A model generated the notes under the pieces. The model saw nothing but the letters and a program-made list of their open reading frames with translations. It ran no database searches and was not told the DNA's origin. The position numbers and the translations under genes were made by a program. 64,000 nt of DNA from Myxococcota bacterium (GTDB taxonomy: Bacteria; Myxococcota_A; UBA796; GCA-2862545): assembly GCA_039208735.1 (NCBI GenBank), contig JBCCQY010000024.1, positions 12,431 to 76,430 of the forward strand, in the 5' to 3' direction. Shown here in pieces: positions 18,674-27,065 of the stretch (within the stretch, counting starts at the first letter, position 1; every line of letters starts with the position of its first letter).

Positions 18674-20334
18674 GCGACCACCTCAATGCGGTAGGGGTAG
18701 CCCTGTTCGGCCAGGAACAGCTGACGACGCTCCGCATGCTCCTGTTCGCTCGTGTCTGAGGTCACGAGGGTGTAGAAGGTAGCTTGGTTCTCACCCTTCT
18801 TGGGCCGCAACACCCGGCCCAGCCGTTGGGCTTCTTCCTGCCGGCTGCCAAACGTGCCCGACACCTGAATGGCGACGGAGGCGCTCGGTAAGTCCACCGC
18901 GAAGTTGCCGACCTTCGACAGCACCAACACGTTGGTCTCGCCGTTGCGAAACTGTCCGTAGAGAGTGTTGCGTTGACGCTTCGGGGTTTTGCCCGTGATG
19001 ATCGGCAGGTTGAAGCGGCGCGCGATCCACTGCAGCTGGTCGACGTAGGTGCCAAGCACCAACGTGGGGCGTCCCTCGTGACGTTCGATGAGGTCGTCGA
19101 CAATCGCGGTTTTGCGTGGGTTGGTGGCGGCGATCTTGAAGCGTGCACGGGCGCTCGCTCCCACGTACCGAAGCCGGTCGGGGTCTGAAAGGGGCACGCG
19201 AACTTCGACACACCGAGCCTGCGCAATCCAGCCTTGATGCTCTAGGATCTTCCAAGGCAGATCGAAGCGCTTGGGGCCCACGAGCGCAAACACGTCGGTC
19301 TCGCGGTGATCTTCGCGAACCAGGGTGGCGGTGAGCCCCAGGCGGCGTCGGGCTTGGAGCATGGCCGTCTCACGGAAGATGGGAGCGGGCAGCAAGTGCA
19401 CTTCGTCATAGACGATGAGCCCCCAGTTCTCACGGTGGAACAAGGGAAAGTGAGCCGGCGCGGAGTGCTGATCGGGGCGCCACGTCAGGATCTGGTAGGT
19501 GGTCAGGGTCACCGGACGCAGTTGCTTGACCTCTGAGGTGTACTCGCCAACCTGGTCCTCCGTCAGGGTTGTTGAACGAAGGATCTCTCGCTTCCATTGC
19601 CGAAGTGCGGTCTGGCCAGTGCACAAGATCAGGGTTCGCATGCCCGTGCGAATCATGGCGCCGATGCCAACCAGCGTCTTGCCGGCCCCACACGGGAGCA
19701 CGATCACTCCAGACCCTGCCCCCGGCCCCTGGCTGAACGCGTCGATGGCCTCGATCTGGTAGTCGCGTAGCTGGAACGGTTCACCCTGCGGGGTCTCCGT
19801 GCGCAGTGCCATCTCGAGCGCATCGCCGTCGGTGTAGCCAGCCAGGTCCTGTACAGGATGCCCAAGGTGCGTCAGGACTTGCTTGAGTTCGCCGCGATGT
19901 CGGGGGTGGACCTTGACCGCGCAGTCGTCAACGGGCTTGCCGATGAGGTCGGCGATGGCCTTGATCGCCAGGAGTTCCTGAAGGTCGGAAGGGTGATCGA
20001 CCTCGAGGCGGAGCGTAGGGCCGTCACTCACGAGCCGCAGCGTGCCGTACCGCGACATGTGCTCCTGGATGACGACAGGAATGTTCTCGGGAATCGGGTA
20101 CTTCGCCCACCGGGTCAGCCTTTCGAGGACTTCATCGGCGGTATGGCCGGCCGCGGCTGCATTCCAAAGCGACAAGGCCGTGAGGCGCCACGTGTGGATG
20201 TACTCCGGGCTCTTCACCAGCTCCGCGAAGGCCAGCAGGTCGTCGCGGGCGGCTTCATGGTGCGGGTTCTGCGTCTCGAGCAGAAGCGAGTGGTCGCCTT
20301 GCACGATGAGCGGGTTCTCGGGAACGTAGGCCAT
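18670..20334 (-). CDS. xpb: DNA repair helicase XPB/Rad25 (SF2)
   Basis: PLIVQGDHSLLLE, KSPEYIHT, LRDYQ, LPCGAGKT, DEVH, LGLTATLVRED, GSRQEEAQRLGRVLRPK. Confidence 0.95.
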   Translation of the reverse strand: MAYVPENPLIVQGDHSLLLETQNPHHEAARDDLLAFAELVKSPEYIHTWRLTALSLWNAAAAGHTADEVLERLTRWAKYPIPENIPVVIQEHMSRYGTLRLVSDGPTLRLEVDHPSDLQELLAIKAIADLIGKPVDDCAVKVHPRHRGELKQVLTHLGHPVQDLAGYTDGDALEMALRTETPQGEPFQLRDYQIEAIDAFSQGPGAGSGVIVLPCGAGKTLVGIGAMIRTGMRTLILCTGQTALRQWKREILRSTTLTEDQVGEYTSEVKQLRPVTLTTYQILTWRPDQHSAPAHFPLFHRENWGLIVYDEVHLLPAPIFRETAMLQARRRLGLTATLVREDHRETDVFALVGPKRFDLPWKILEHQGWIAQARCVEVRVPLSDPDRLRYVGASARARFKIAATNPRKTAIVDDLIERHEGRPTLVLGTYVDQLQWIARRFNLPIITGKTPKRQRNTLYGQFRNGETNVLVLSKVGNFAVDLPSASVAIQVSGTFGSRQEEAQRLGRVLRPKKGENQATFYTLVTSDTSEQEHAERRQLFLAEQGYPYRIEVVA

Positions 20335-20625
20335 GCCGAGTCCATAGCCCCGAGGGGCAGGGCGTTGAAGGTCATTGCGGCTCGCATCCGTCGTGCCCCG
20401 ATCCTTTGCCCGGGCCACGTTGGCGCCGGTTTCGCACGTTTGGGGCGACTCTGAAGGGAGGAGTCCCCACGACCCTCATCGTCCGGCGAATGTGCCAGAC
20501 GGGGAGTGGCGGTTCATTCTTTGCCAGGTTGGGGGGGTGTCATGCACCTGGTCGACGACCGAATCGTACAGTGGCGCGAAGCCCGAGTCTCGGTGGTCGA
20601 CCCTCGTGGAGGCGCTTGGGTAGCG

Positions 20626-21315
20626 CTACTCCATGGTCTCGGGACGTGCGGCGTTGGCGACGGCGTCTTGAACCGCGGCGAGTACTTCGGTGCCGTCGAG
20701 GTTCTCGTTGCCCGAAGGCGTGCCGTGGCTCGACTCCCACACGATCTCCATCGACGAGCGGTCGACGATGATGTCGAATCCTCGTGCGATGCTGAATGGC
20801 GACTGGTCGAACGTTCCGGCCTCGGGTCGCGTTTCCGAGTCACCGACGCAGATTCCGCGGTTGCTTCCAAACGTGTCCATGACGAACTCGCAGCTCTCCC
20901 GTGTGCCGGGCTGAGTGCGGTCATCTTGTTCGAGGACCCAGATGATCTGGGCGCCTGCATTCTCAATGGCTTCTTCCTGGTCGACCACCTCACGGGCGTG
21001 TCTTACGCAGGCGGGTCACCAAGCGGGAATCGACACGAACAGGAGTACGTCGAACGGGCTCCAGTCGATGTCGTCGTCCAGCGCGCAGGGCGCCTGGCGA
21101 AGGTTCAGGCTCACCAGGGTGCCATCGGCGCGTAGCGACGCATTGGGCCACCGGTAGGGCGAGATCACTTCGCCGAGGGCCATCGGTTCGACGGCTCCCT
21201 CGGGGTAGGTCACATCCACGCAGTCGACGGAAGTGCCCGGCGACACGGGAACGGAAGGCTCGGTGACCGCGCAGGCGCCGAGCAACCAAGCAGCAAGGAC
21301 AGGCAAGCGGTTCAT
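20626..21315 (-). CDS. Probable selenoprotein: thioredoxin-fold (redoxin) lipoprotein with UxxC motif, 229 aa
   Basis: ORFs 21016-21315 and 20626-20988 are in one frame, separated only by TGA at 21018-21016: LLFVSIPAW-U-PACVRHAREV..GAQIIWVL. Lipobox LLGAC. Confidence 0.85.
20983..21002 (-). promoter_or_regulatory. Candidate bacterial SECIS hairpin
   Basis: Folded by eye: GAC-A-CGCC[CGUGA]GGUG-GUC. The apical loop begins after a 21-nt spacer from the UGA and has G at its second position. Confidence 0.5.
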
Positions 21316-21354
21316 GGCGGGCGGATAACGTCTGCACGGTCGATTCGAGTGCCC

Positions 21355-22128
21355 TTAGCCGTCACCAATGATCCTCGCGCGCAACCTGGCGGCCAAACCT
21401 TCACTCCCGAGCACCGTAAGGAGGATCACGATGAGGATGGTGCTCACCTTCTCCCATTCGAGGGCCTGCATTGCGCTGTTCAGCTCGAGCCCGAGCCCCC
21501 CCGCCCCCACGAATCCCAACACCGTCGACTCCCGAATGTTGATTTCCCACCGGAACAATGCGGTGGCAATGAACGACGGGAGGATCTGAGGTCCGATGGC
21601 CCATCGCCACACCACGATCGCTTCAGAGCCAGTAGCGGTGAGCGCCTCGACGGGTCGTGGGTCAACCTCTTCGATGGCTTCGGCGGTCAGCTTGGCCACG
21701 AACCCGATGGACCGAAGTCCGATGGCGAGCAGGCCGGCCAGCGTGCCCGGTCCTACGATGGCGACGAGCAGCAACGCCCACACGAGCGAGTTCACCGAAC
21801 GGGACGCCACGATGACAAAGGTGGCCAAGGGCTGGGCGAGCGTTCGGGAGGGGGTGACGTTGCGGGCGGCTAGCACGGCCACGGGAAGGCCGAGGAGCAA
21901 GGCCAGCAGCGTTCCCAGCGTGGCCATGGCGAAGGTGTCCCACAAGGGGCTCGCCAGCGCACCCAACGATGCGACGTCGGGCGGCCACATGCGGCTTGCG
22001 ATGTCGATCGCGACCTCGGGGGCGGTCGCGACCACCGCGGGGTCGGTCCCTTGGACGAGGGGCACGAATCCGATGGCGAAGGCCACAACCAGCCCGACCA
22101 GGAGCAGGCCCCGTACCTGAGGGGTCAT
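21355..22128 (-). CDS. phnE: Phosphonate-type ABC transporter permease
   Basis: MWPPD, AARNVTP, GFVAKLTAEAIEE, RWEINIRESTVLGFVGAGGLG; ATGA overlap. Confidence 0.92.
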   Translation of the reverse strand: MTPQVRGLLLVGLVVAFAIGFVPLVQGTDPAVVATAPEVAIDIASRMWPPDVASLGALASPLWDTFAMATLGTLLALLLGLPVAVLAARNVTPSRTLAQPLATFVIVASRSVNSLVWALLLVAIVGPGTLAGLLAIGLRSIGFVAKLTAEAIEEVDPRPVEALTATGSEAIVVWRWAIGPQILPSFIATALFRWEINIRESTVLGFVGAGGLGLELNSAMQALEWEKVSTILIVILLTVLGSEGLAARLRARIIGDG

Positions 22129-22889
22129 TGGATGGCCTCGCGGATGCGACCGGACGTCACTTCGACCGCGAGCACGATCCCGATGATGACGAGAATAATG
22201 GCCGCTGCATCGTCGTACTCGTAGCGAGCAAACGCGGTGTTGAGGGTTGCGCCAATGCCGCCACCGCCCACGATGCCCACGATGGCCGACTCCCGAAAAT
22301 TGATGTCGAGCCGGTAAAGCGCGAGTCCCACGAAGCGAGGGGCCACCTGGGGCCACACCGCCCACGCGAACCACACTGCAGGCGCGGCTCCAGTGGCGGT
22401 CAGGGCCTGGGTCGGGGGAACGGCCACGTCTTCGATGGCTTCGGCCCACAACTTGGCGAAAAAGCCGATGCTGGCCACGATGAGGGTGAGCACGCCGGCG
22501 AGGGGGCCAAAGCCGACCACCGCCACGAACAGTACGGCGAGGATCACTTCGTGGAGGCTGCGAAACGCTGCCACGACGGTGCGACACAGCACGTAGACGG
22601 GTCGAGGGGCGAGGTTGCGGGCGCTGCCGATCGCAAACGGCACGGCCAGGGCCACCCCGAGTACCGTGCTCATCACCGTCATGGCCAAGCTCTCTCGGAC
22701 GCCCAGCGCGATTTCATCGATGCGCGACACGAAATCGGGAGGAAAGAAGCCGCCGACAAACTTGAGTCCGCGAGGGAGCCCGCGCACGATCCGGTCGATA
22801 TCGATATCGAGGCCGAGAAGGGCGACCAACACGTAGCCGATGAACAGTACTCCCACGACCCGACCCGCCCATGACGCGTGGGGCTTCAT
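22125..22889 (-). CDS. phnE: Phosphonate-type ABC transporter permease
   Basis: [47 protein letters not shown]. Confidence 0.92.
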   Translation of the reverse strand: MKPHASWAGRVVGVLFIGYVLVALLGLDIDIDRIVRGLPRGLKFVGGFFPPDFVSRIDEIALGVRESLAMTVMSTVLGVALAVPFAIGSARNLAPRPVYVLCRTVVAAFRSLHEVILAVLFVAVVGFGPLAGVLTLIVASIGFFAKLWAEAIEDVAVPPTQALTATGAAPAVWFAWAVWPQVAPRFVGLALYRLDINFRESAIVGIVGGGGIGATLNTAFARYEYDDAAAIILVIIGIVLAVEVTSGRIREAIQ

Positions 22890-23635
22890 GAGGGGGGCTC
22901 GCCGTAGATTCGGGTCAAGGCTGAATCGTCGAGTGCCTCGGGGCCATCGTCGAACACAAGGGTCCCGGAGGCGACGCCCACGATGCGGTCGCAGGAGGTT
23001 CGCGCAAGGTCGATGTCGTGCAGGTTGATGAGCCCGGCGAGCTTTCGCTCGGCGCAAACCTCGCCGATCAAGGCCATCACCTGGCGGGCGGTGGCCGGGT
23101 CGAGGCTTGCGGTCGGTTCATCGACGAGCAGCAACGTGGGGCGTTGGGCGAGGGCCCTCGCGATGCCGACCCGCTGGCGTTGGCCCCCTGACAAGGCGTC
23201 GGCGCGTTTTGCAGCGAGATGCTCGATCCCCACCCGGCTCAGCAGTTCGTGCGCATACGCGCGATCGGAGTCGCTGAATTGGCCGAACAAGCCATCCCAG
23301 GTGCTCATCGCTCCCAAGCAGCCCGACAGCACATTGTCGAGCACCGTCAGGCGATCGACGAGGGCGAACTCCTGGAAGATCATGCCCATGCGTCGCCGAA
23401 TCACGCGAAGGGCGGGTCCGTGTTGGGCTCGCACGTTCGTTCCATCGAGCCAGATTTGTCCGGAGGTGGGCTCGACAAGGCGATTCACACAACGGATGAG
23501 CGTGCTCTTTCCAGCTCCCGACGGTCCAATGATGCCCACGACTTGTCCCGCTGGAACCTCGAGCGTGAGGCCCTTCAGCGCCTCATCTCCGGTGGGGTAG
23601 CGCTTGGTCAGCTCCTTGACGCGCAACAGGCTCAT
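22886..23635 (-). CDS. phnC: Phosphonate-type ABC transporter ATPase
   Basis: [37 protein letters not shown]. Confidence 0.95.
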   Translation of the reverse strand: MSLLRVKELTKRYPTGDEALKGLTLEVPAGQVVGIIGPSGAGKSTLIRCVNRLVEPTSGQIWLDGTNVRAQHGPALRVIRRRMGMIFQEFALVDRLTVLDNVLSGCLGAMSTWDGLFGQFSDSDRAYAHELLSRVGIEHLAAKRADALSGGQRQRVGIARALAQRPTLLLVDEPTASLDPATARQVMALIGEVCAERKLAGLINLHDIDLARTSCDRIVGVASGTLVFDDGPEALDDSALTRIYGEPPS

Positions 23636-24591
23636 CGGCAGTCGTAGGACACGCCGTTGGCCGCATCGATCTTGCGCACGGTCTCCCACACGGTGGCGTA
23701 TTGGATGGGCAAGAACTGAGCTTCCTTGGCGAACTCTGCCTTCAGGGCCGTGCCTTCCCAGGCGAAGGAGGCGAATGCTTCTTTGATTTTGGTGGCGAGT
23801 TCCGGCTTCAAGTCGTGCGCCACCCCGTAGGCGGTGGTGGGGAACGACGCCGATCTGTACAAGGACCGGATCTTGGTCGCATCGACGAGTTCGCGATCCA
23901 CCATGCGCTTCATGACGGAGTTGGCGATGGCGGCGGCATCGTAGTCCTGCTGAAACACCCCGAGCACCGAGTTGTCGTGCTTGCCACTGAATTCGATTTT
24001 TACGTCGTTGGTGACGTCGATGCCGAACTCACTCTTCAAAATGGCACTCGGGGCCTTGAATCCAGAGTTCGAGGTGCGTGAGGTGAAAGCAAGGGTCTTG
24101 CCCTTCAGCTGCTCAACCTGGGTGATGCCACTGTCGACGTGGGTAATGAGTTCCATCTCGTAGCCGTAGGTGCCATCGGCGGAGGCCATCATCGTGAAGG
24201 GCACAAACCCGGCGCAGTTCACGGCCAGCGCCGTTCCCCCCGTGTTGACCCCGGCCACGTGCAACCGACCGGCGCGCATCGCCTCGAGCTGGGCGGCATT
24301 GCTTTGGACGGGGAAGAACCGGACTGGCTTGCCGGTGACCGACGCGAGGTGGTCGAGGAATGGCTGCCATGCGGACTGGTAGACCGCGGGATCCTCGACC
24401 GGGGTGTAGCTAAAAATGAGGGTCTTTGGGTCTTTCTGATCGGCGGCGGCTGGCGGATCCGCCAGCAAGTCACCATCGACATCGCAGTAGCCCTTGTCGA
24501 GCGTCCCGCGCGGGCAGGGCGCTTTGGTCTCGACCGGAGTCGGTTGATCCGACGAACCACACCCCAGCCCCAGCACCGCCAAGATCCACAT
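23632..24591 (-). CDS. phnD: Phosphate/phosphite/phosphonate ABC substrate-binding lipoprotein
   Basis: Lipobox [40 protein letters not shown]. Confidence 0.92.
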   Translation of the reverse strand: MWILAVLGLGCGSSDQPTPVETKAPCPRGTLDKGYCDVDGDLLADPPAAADQKDPKTLIFSYTPVEDPAVYQSAWQPFLDHLASVTGKPVRFFPVQSNAAQLEAMRAGRLHVAGVNTGGTALAVNCAGFVPFTMMASADGTYGYEMELITHVDSGITQVEQLKGKTLAFTSRTSNSGFKAPSAILKSEFGIDVTNDVKIEFSGKHDNSVLGVFQQDYDAAAIANSVMKRMVDRELVDATKIRSLYRSASFPTTAYGVAHDLKPELATKIKEAFASFAWEGTALKAEFAKEAQFLPIQYATVWETVRKIDAANGVSYDCR

Positions 24592-24645
24592 GCTGACTCC
24601 CTGCGCGTGTATCGCGCGGGCGGATTCTACCCACGTTGCTCGAGG

Positions 24646-25011
24646 TCAGTCGACCGCGTGGCTGTGAGTGGGAGGAGCGGCATCCCAGTTCACTCCTTTG
24701 GCGGGCAGCAGGTCGAATTTCTCGGCGATGAATTGGCCACGCTTGATGCGCCCCGACACGACCGCGCGCCGATCCATCACGCACATGCCGTCGGGTCCGT
24801 GGCTCTCGTGATCGGGGGTGTCGGCACCCACCACGGGATAGTGCTGACCGTCCAGTTCGATGGCCCAGTAGCACCCCCGGACCTCAGGCAGGTGAAAGCG
24901 GCAAAGGCCACAGCCCACCGTGGCTTCCTGTTCCGGCACGGTCGTGACGGTGGTGCAACCCACCCCAATCAGCGCAAGAGCGCTCATCAGAAGGTCGCGA
25001 CGCAAGAACAT
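24646..25011 (-). CDS. Small Cys/His-rich lipoprotein, DUF6370-like
   Basis: GGAGG RBS; lipobox GVGC; GCGLCRF..GCYWAI..DHESHGPDGMC..AVVSGRI..F. Confidence 0.7.
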   Translation of the reverse strand: MFLRRDLLMSALALIGVGCTTVTTVPEQEATVGCGLCRFHLPEVRGCYWAIELDGQHYPVVGADTPDHESHGPDGMCVMDRRAVVSGRIKRGQFIAEKFDLLPAKGVNWDAAPPTHSHAVD

Positions 25012-25095
25012 GATTCCTCCTGTGCGAGCTCGTAGCGTGGAACGAGCGAACCCTGTACCCTGGGGTCGACGTCTCAAAGGGAACGACGGAGCGCC

Positions 25096-26085
25096 TTGGT
25101 GAGAGTGTTGCTGATCGGCACGTTGCTCGGAGCCTTGCTCGGGCTGTGCAGCTTTTGGCTGCTCGGCTCGATCGATTGGCTCACCCCACCCCAAAAGCTT
25201 GTTGGGGCATCGGTGTTGGGGCTCGCATTCGCAGGACTCGTATGGTCCTTCGGGTTGGTGCGTTGGGTGGCCCGGCGGCTCGACCGAAGGGCCCGGCGCA
25301 AACCGACGGTCAACGTGGATGGGGAGTCCGCTGAACTTGTGGACGTGGAACTCGACGAAGATGAGCTGACCGGCCCGGCCGATGACACTTGGCTGATGCC
25401 GGCCGTCGAAGTCCCCGATTCACCACCCCCTCGCGAGCCTACCGACCACGGAGCCTTTGGCCTGTACGACGAGGAGGAGGACTTCGACGAGAGCACGACC
25501 CAGCTCGTGTCGCGGTCGGAACTCAAGGCGCTGGCCAGGGCGCTGTTGGATGGCAAGCGAGTTCCCGAGCCCACGCAGCACCTGTCGCCCCACGAGATCG
25601 AGGAGCTGCTGGCGTCCGCCAGGTTTGCCGTCGAAGAGGGTCGGTTTGACGATGCGCTGGACCTCTTCACGCAAATCATCGACGGGGCAGAAGATGTTCG
25701 GGCCTACCTCGGTCGTGGGCGCGTCCATCTCGACCATTCCGACTTCAACCGTGCAATGAGCGACTTTGCGGTGGCGGAGGACCTCATGCCCGGCGCCCCC
25801 GAGCCCCTGCTCGCGATGGGCGATCTGTTCTTTGGCCGAAAGGACTACGCGCAGTCGATCGAGTATCTCACGCTCGCACTTGAACAACAGCCCGACAACG
25901 CCATGGCGCTGACCCGCCGCGGCATGAGCTTGTACTACCGCAAGGACTACGAAGCCGCGTTGGCAGATTTGCGGCGGGCGGCCGAACTCGATCCCGACAT
26001 CCCGATGCTTGCGAGCTACCTCGCGCGGGTAGAGCGACGGGTTCGCGCGACGTCGACGATTTCCCAGGACCGCCGCCGCCGCTAG
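25096..26085 (+). CDS. Membrane-anchored TPR protein
   Basis: Two N-terminal TM helices, acidic linker, about four TPR repeats (AYLGRG, ALTRRG..AELDP). Confidence 0.85.
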   Translation: MVRVLLIGTLLGALLGLCSFWLLGSIDWLTPPQKLVGASVLGLAFAGLVWSFGLVRWVARRLDRRARRKPTVNVDGESAELVDVELDEDELTGPADDTWLMPAVEVPDSPPPREPTDHGAFGLYDEEEDFDESTTQLVSRSELKALARALLDGKRVPEPTQHLSPHEIEELLASARFAVEEGRFDDALDLFTQIIDGAEDVRAYLGRGRVHLDHSDFNRAMSDFAVAEDLMPGAPEPLLAMGDLFFGRKDYAQSIEYLTLALEQQPDNAMALTRRGMSLYYRKDYEAALADLRRAAELDPDIPMLASYLARVERRVRATSTISQDRRRR

Positions 26086-26133
26086 TCGCACCCGTTGGTC
26101 CGAATTGTGCATCGCTTACCCGTGGAGGCAGCC

Positions 26134-27015
26134 ATGGACATGATGGTGGCGGTGGATTTATCGCATGAGCCGGACGCACTGATGGGGCGCGTCCTGCCCT
26201 GGTCAACGCGCTTTTCGGGCCGACTGCACCTGCGTGTCGTGTCGCGAGGGGTCTACGACGCGGGTGGAGACTTTGGAGGGCTTCACGATCCGTCTCTGGC
26301 GTTGCGACTGGCTCAACATCAGCAGGGAGAGCGTGAGGCGCTGGATGAACTCGTGAAGCGACTGCCTTCCGACCGGGTGGCCAGTGCCGAGGTGTTGGCC
26401 GGTGAGGTGGGGCCGAGCTTGGTTCGAGCCGCTGATTACGTGGACCTCATCGTGTTGGGAACCCATGGTCGAAAGGGACTCGAACGGGTGTTCTTGGGCT
26501 CGGTGGCCGAGCGCCTGGTTCGCAAGGCGAACGTGCCCGTGATGGTCTTGCCGTTGACGGCAGAGCCGATCCCTACGTCGGGGACGTTGACCGCGATGTG
26601 CCCCGTCGATGCTCGGGACGTCGATCTCCTGGCATTGCAGCGCCTGCAGGCGTGGCACGGCGACAACGTTGAACCGCACCTCGTGTACGTGCTTCCAGAT
26701 CTGAGGCTCTCTCGAGAAATGGGGTTTGTCCGTCAACCCGTTGAGGCGCCGACCGAGCATCCGCTTCTGCCTTGGGCCGAAGCAAGAATTCGTCGAGCGA
26801 TGGACGAGGCGGGCTGCGCGTCGACGCCGCTCCATTTCGTACTCAGTGAGGACTCCCACCCTGCCTACGAACTTGCCAAGTTTGGCGAGGCGCAGGCGGT
26901 CGATCTGGTCGCGATGCCGACCCATGGGCGAACGGGGTGGTCGAGGTTCGCGTTCGGAAGTGTGACCGAGCAATTGGTCCGCATCATGCCCACGTCTTGC
27001 TTGGTGGTCCGCTAA
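26134..27015 (+). CDS. Universal stress protein (tandem USP domains)
   Basis: DLIVLGTHGRKGLERVFLGSVAE and DLVAMPTHGRTG..FGSVTE. Confidence 0.93.
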   Translation: MDMMVAVDLSHEPDALMGRVLPWSTRFSGRLHLRVVSRGVYDAGGDFGGLHDPSLALRLAQHQQGEREALDELVKRLPSDRVASAEVLAGEVGPSLVRAADYVDLIVLGTHGRKGLERVFLGSVAERLVRKANVPVMVLPLTAEPIPTSGTLTAMCPVDARDVDLLALQRLQAWHGDNVEPHLVYVLPDLRLSREMGFVRQPVEAPTEHPLLPWAEARIRRAMDEAGCASTPLHFVLSEDSHPAYELAKFGEAQAVDLVAMPTHGRTGWSRFAFGSVTEQLVRIMPTSCLVVR

Positions 27016-27065
27016 GCACGCGGTGGGCGCTTTTCAACGTCGGGTGGGCCCTTTCCCCCAACCGA

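Noticed and set aside
20626..21315. Pseudogene reading of the split redoxin
   Set aside because: The only interruption is a TGA exactly at the first position of the CxxC motif, with an intact frame and a SECIS-like hairpin, which fits selenocysteine better.
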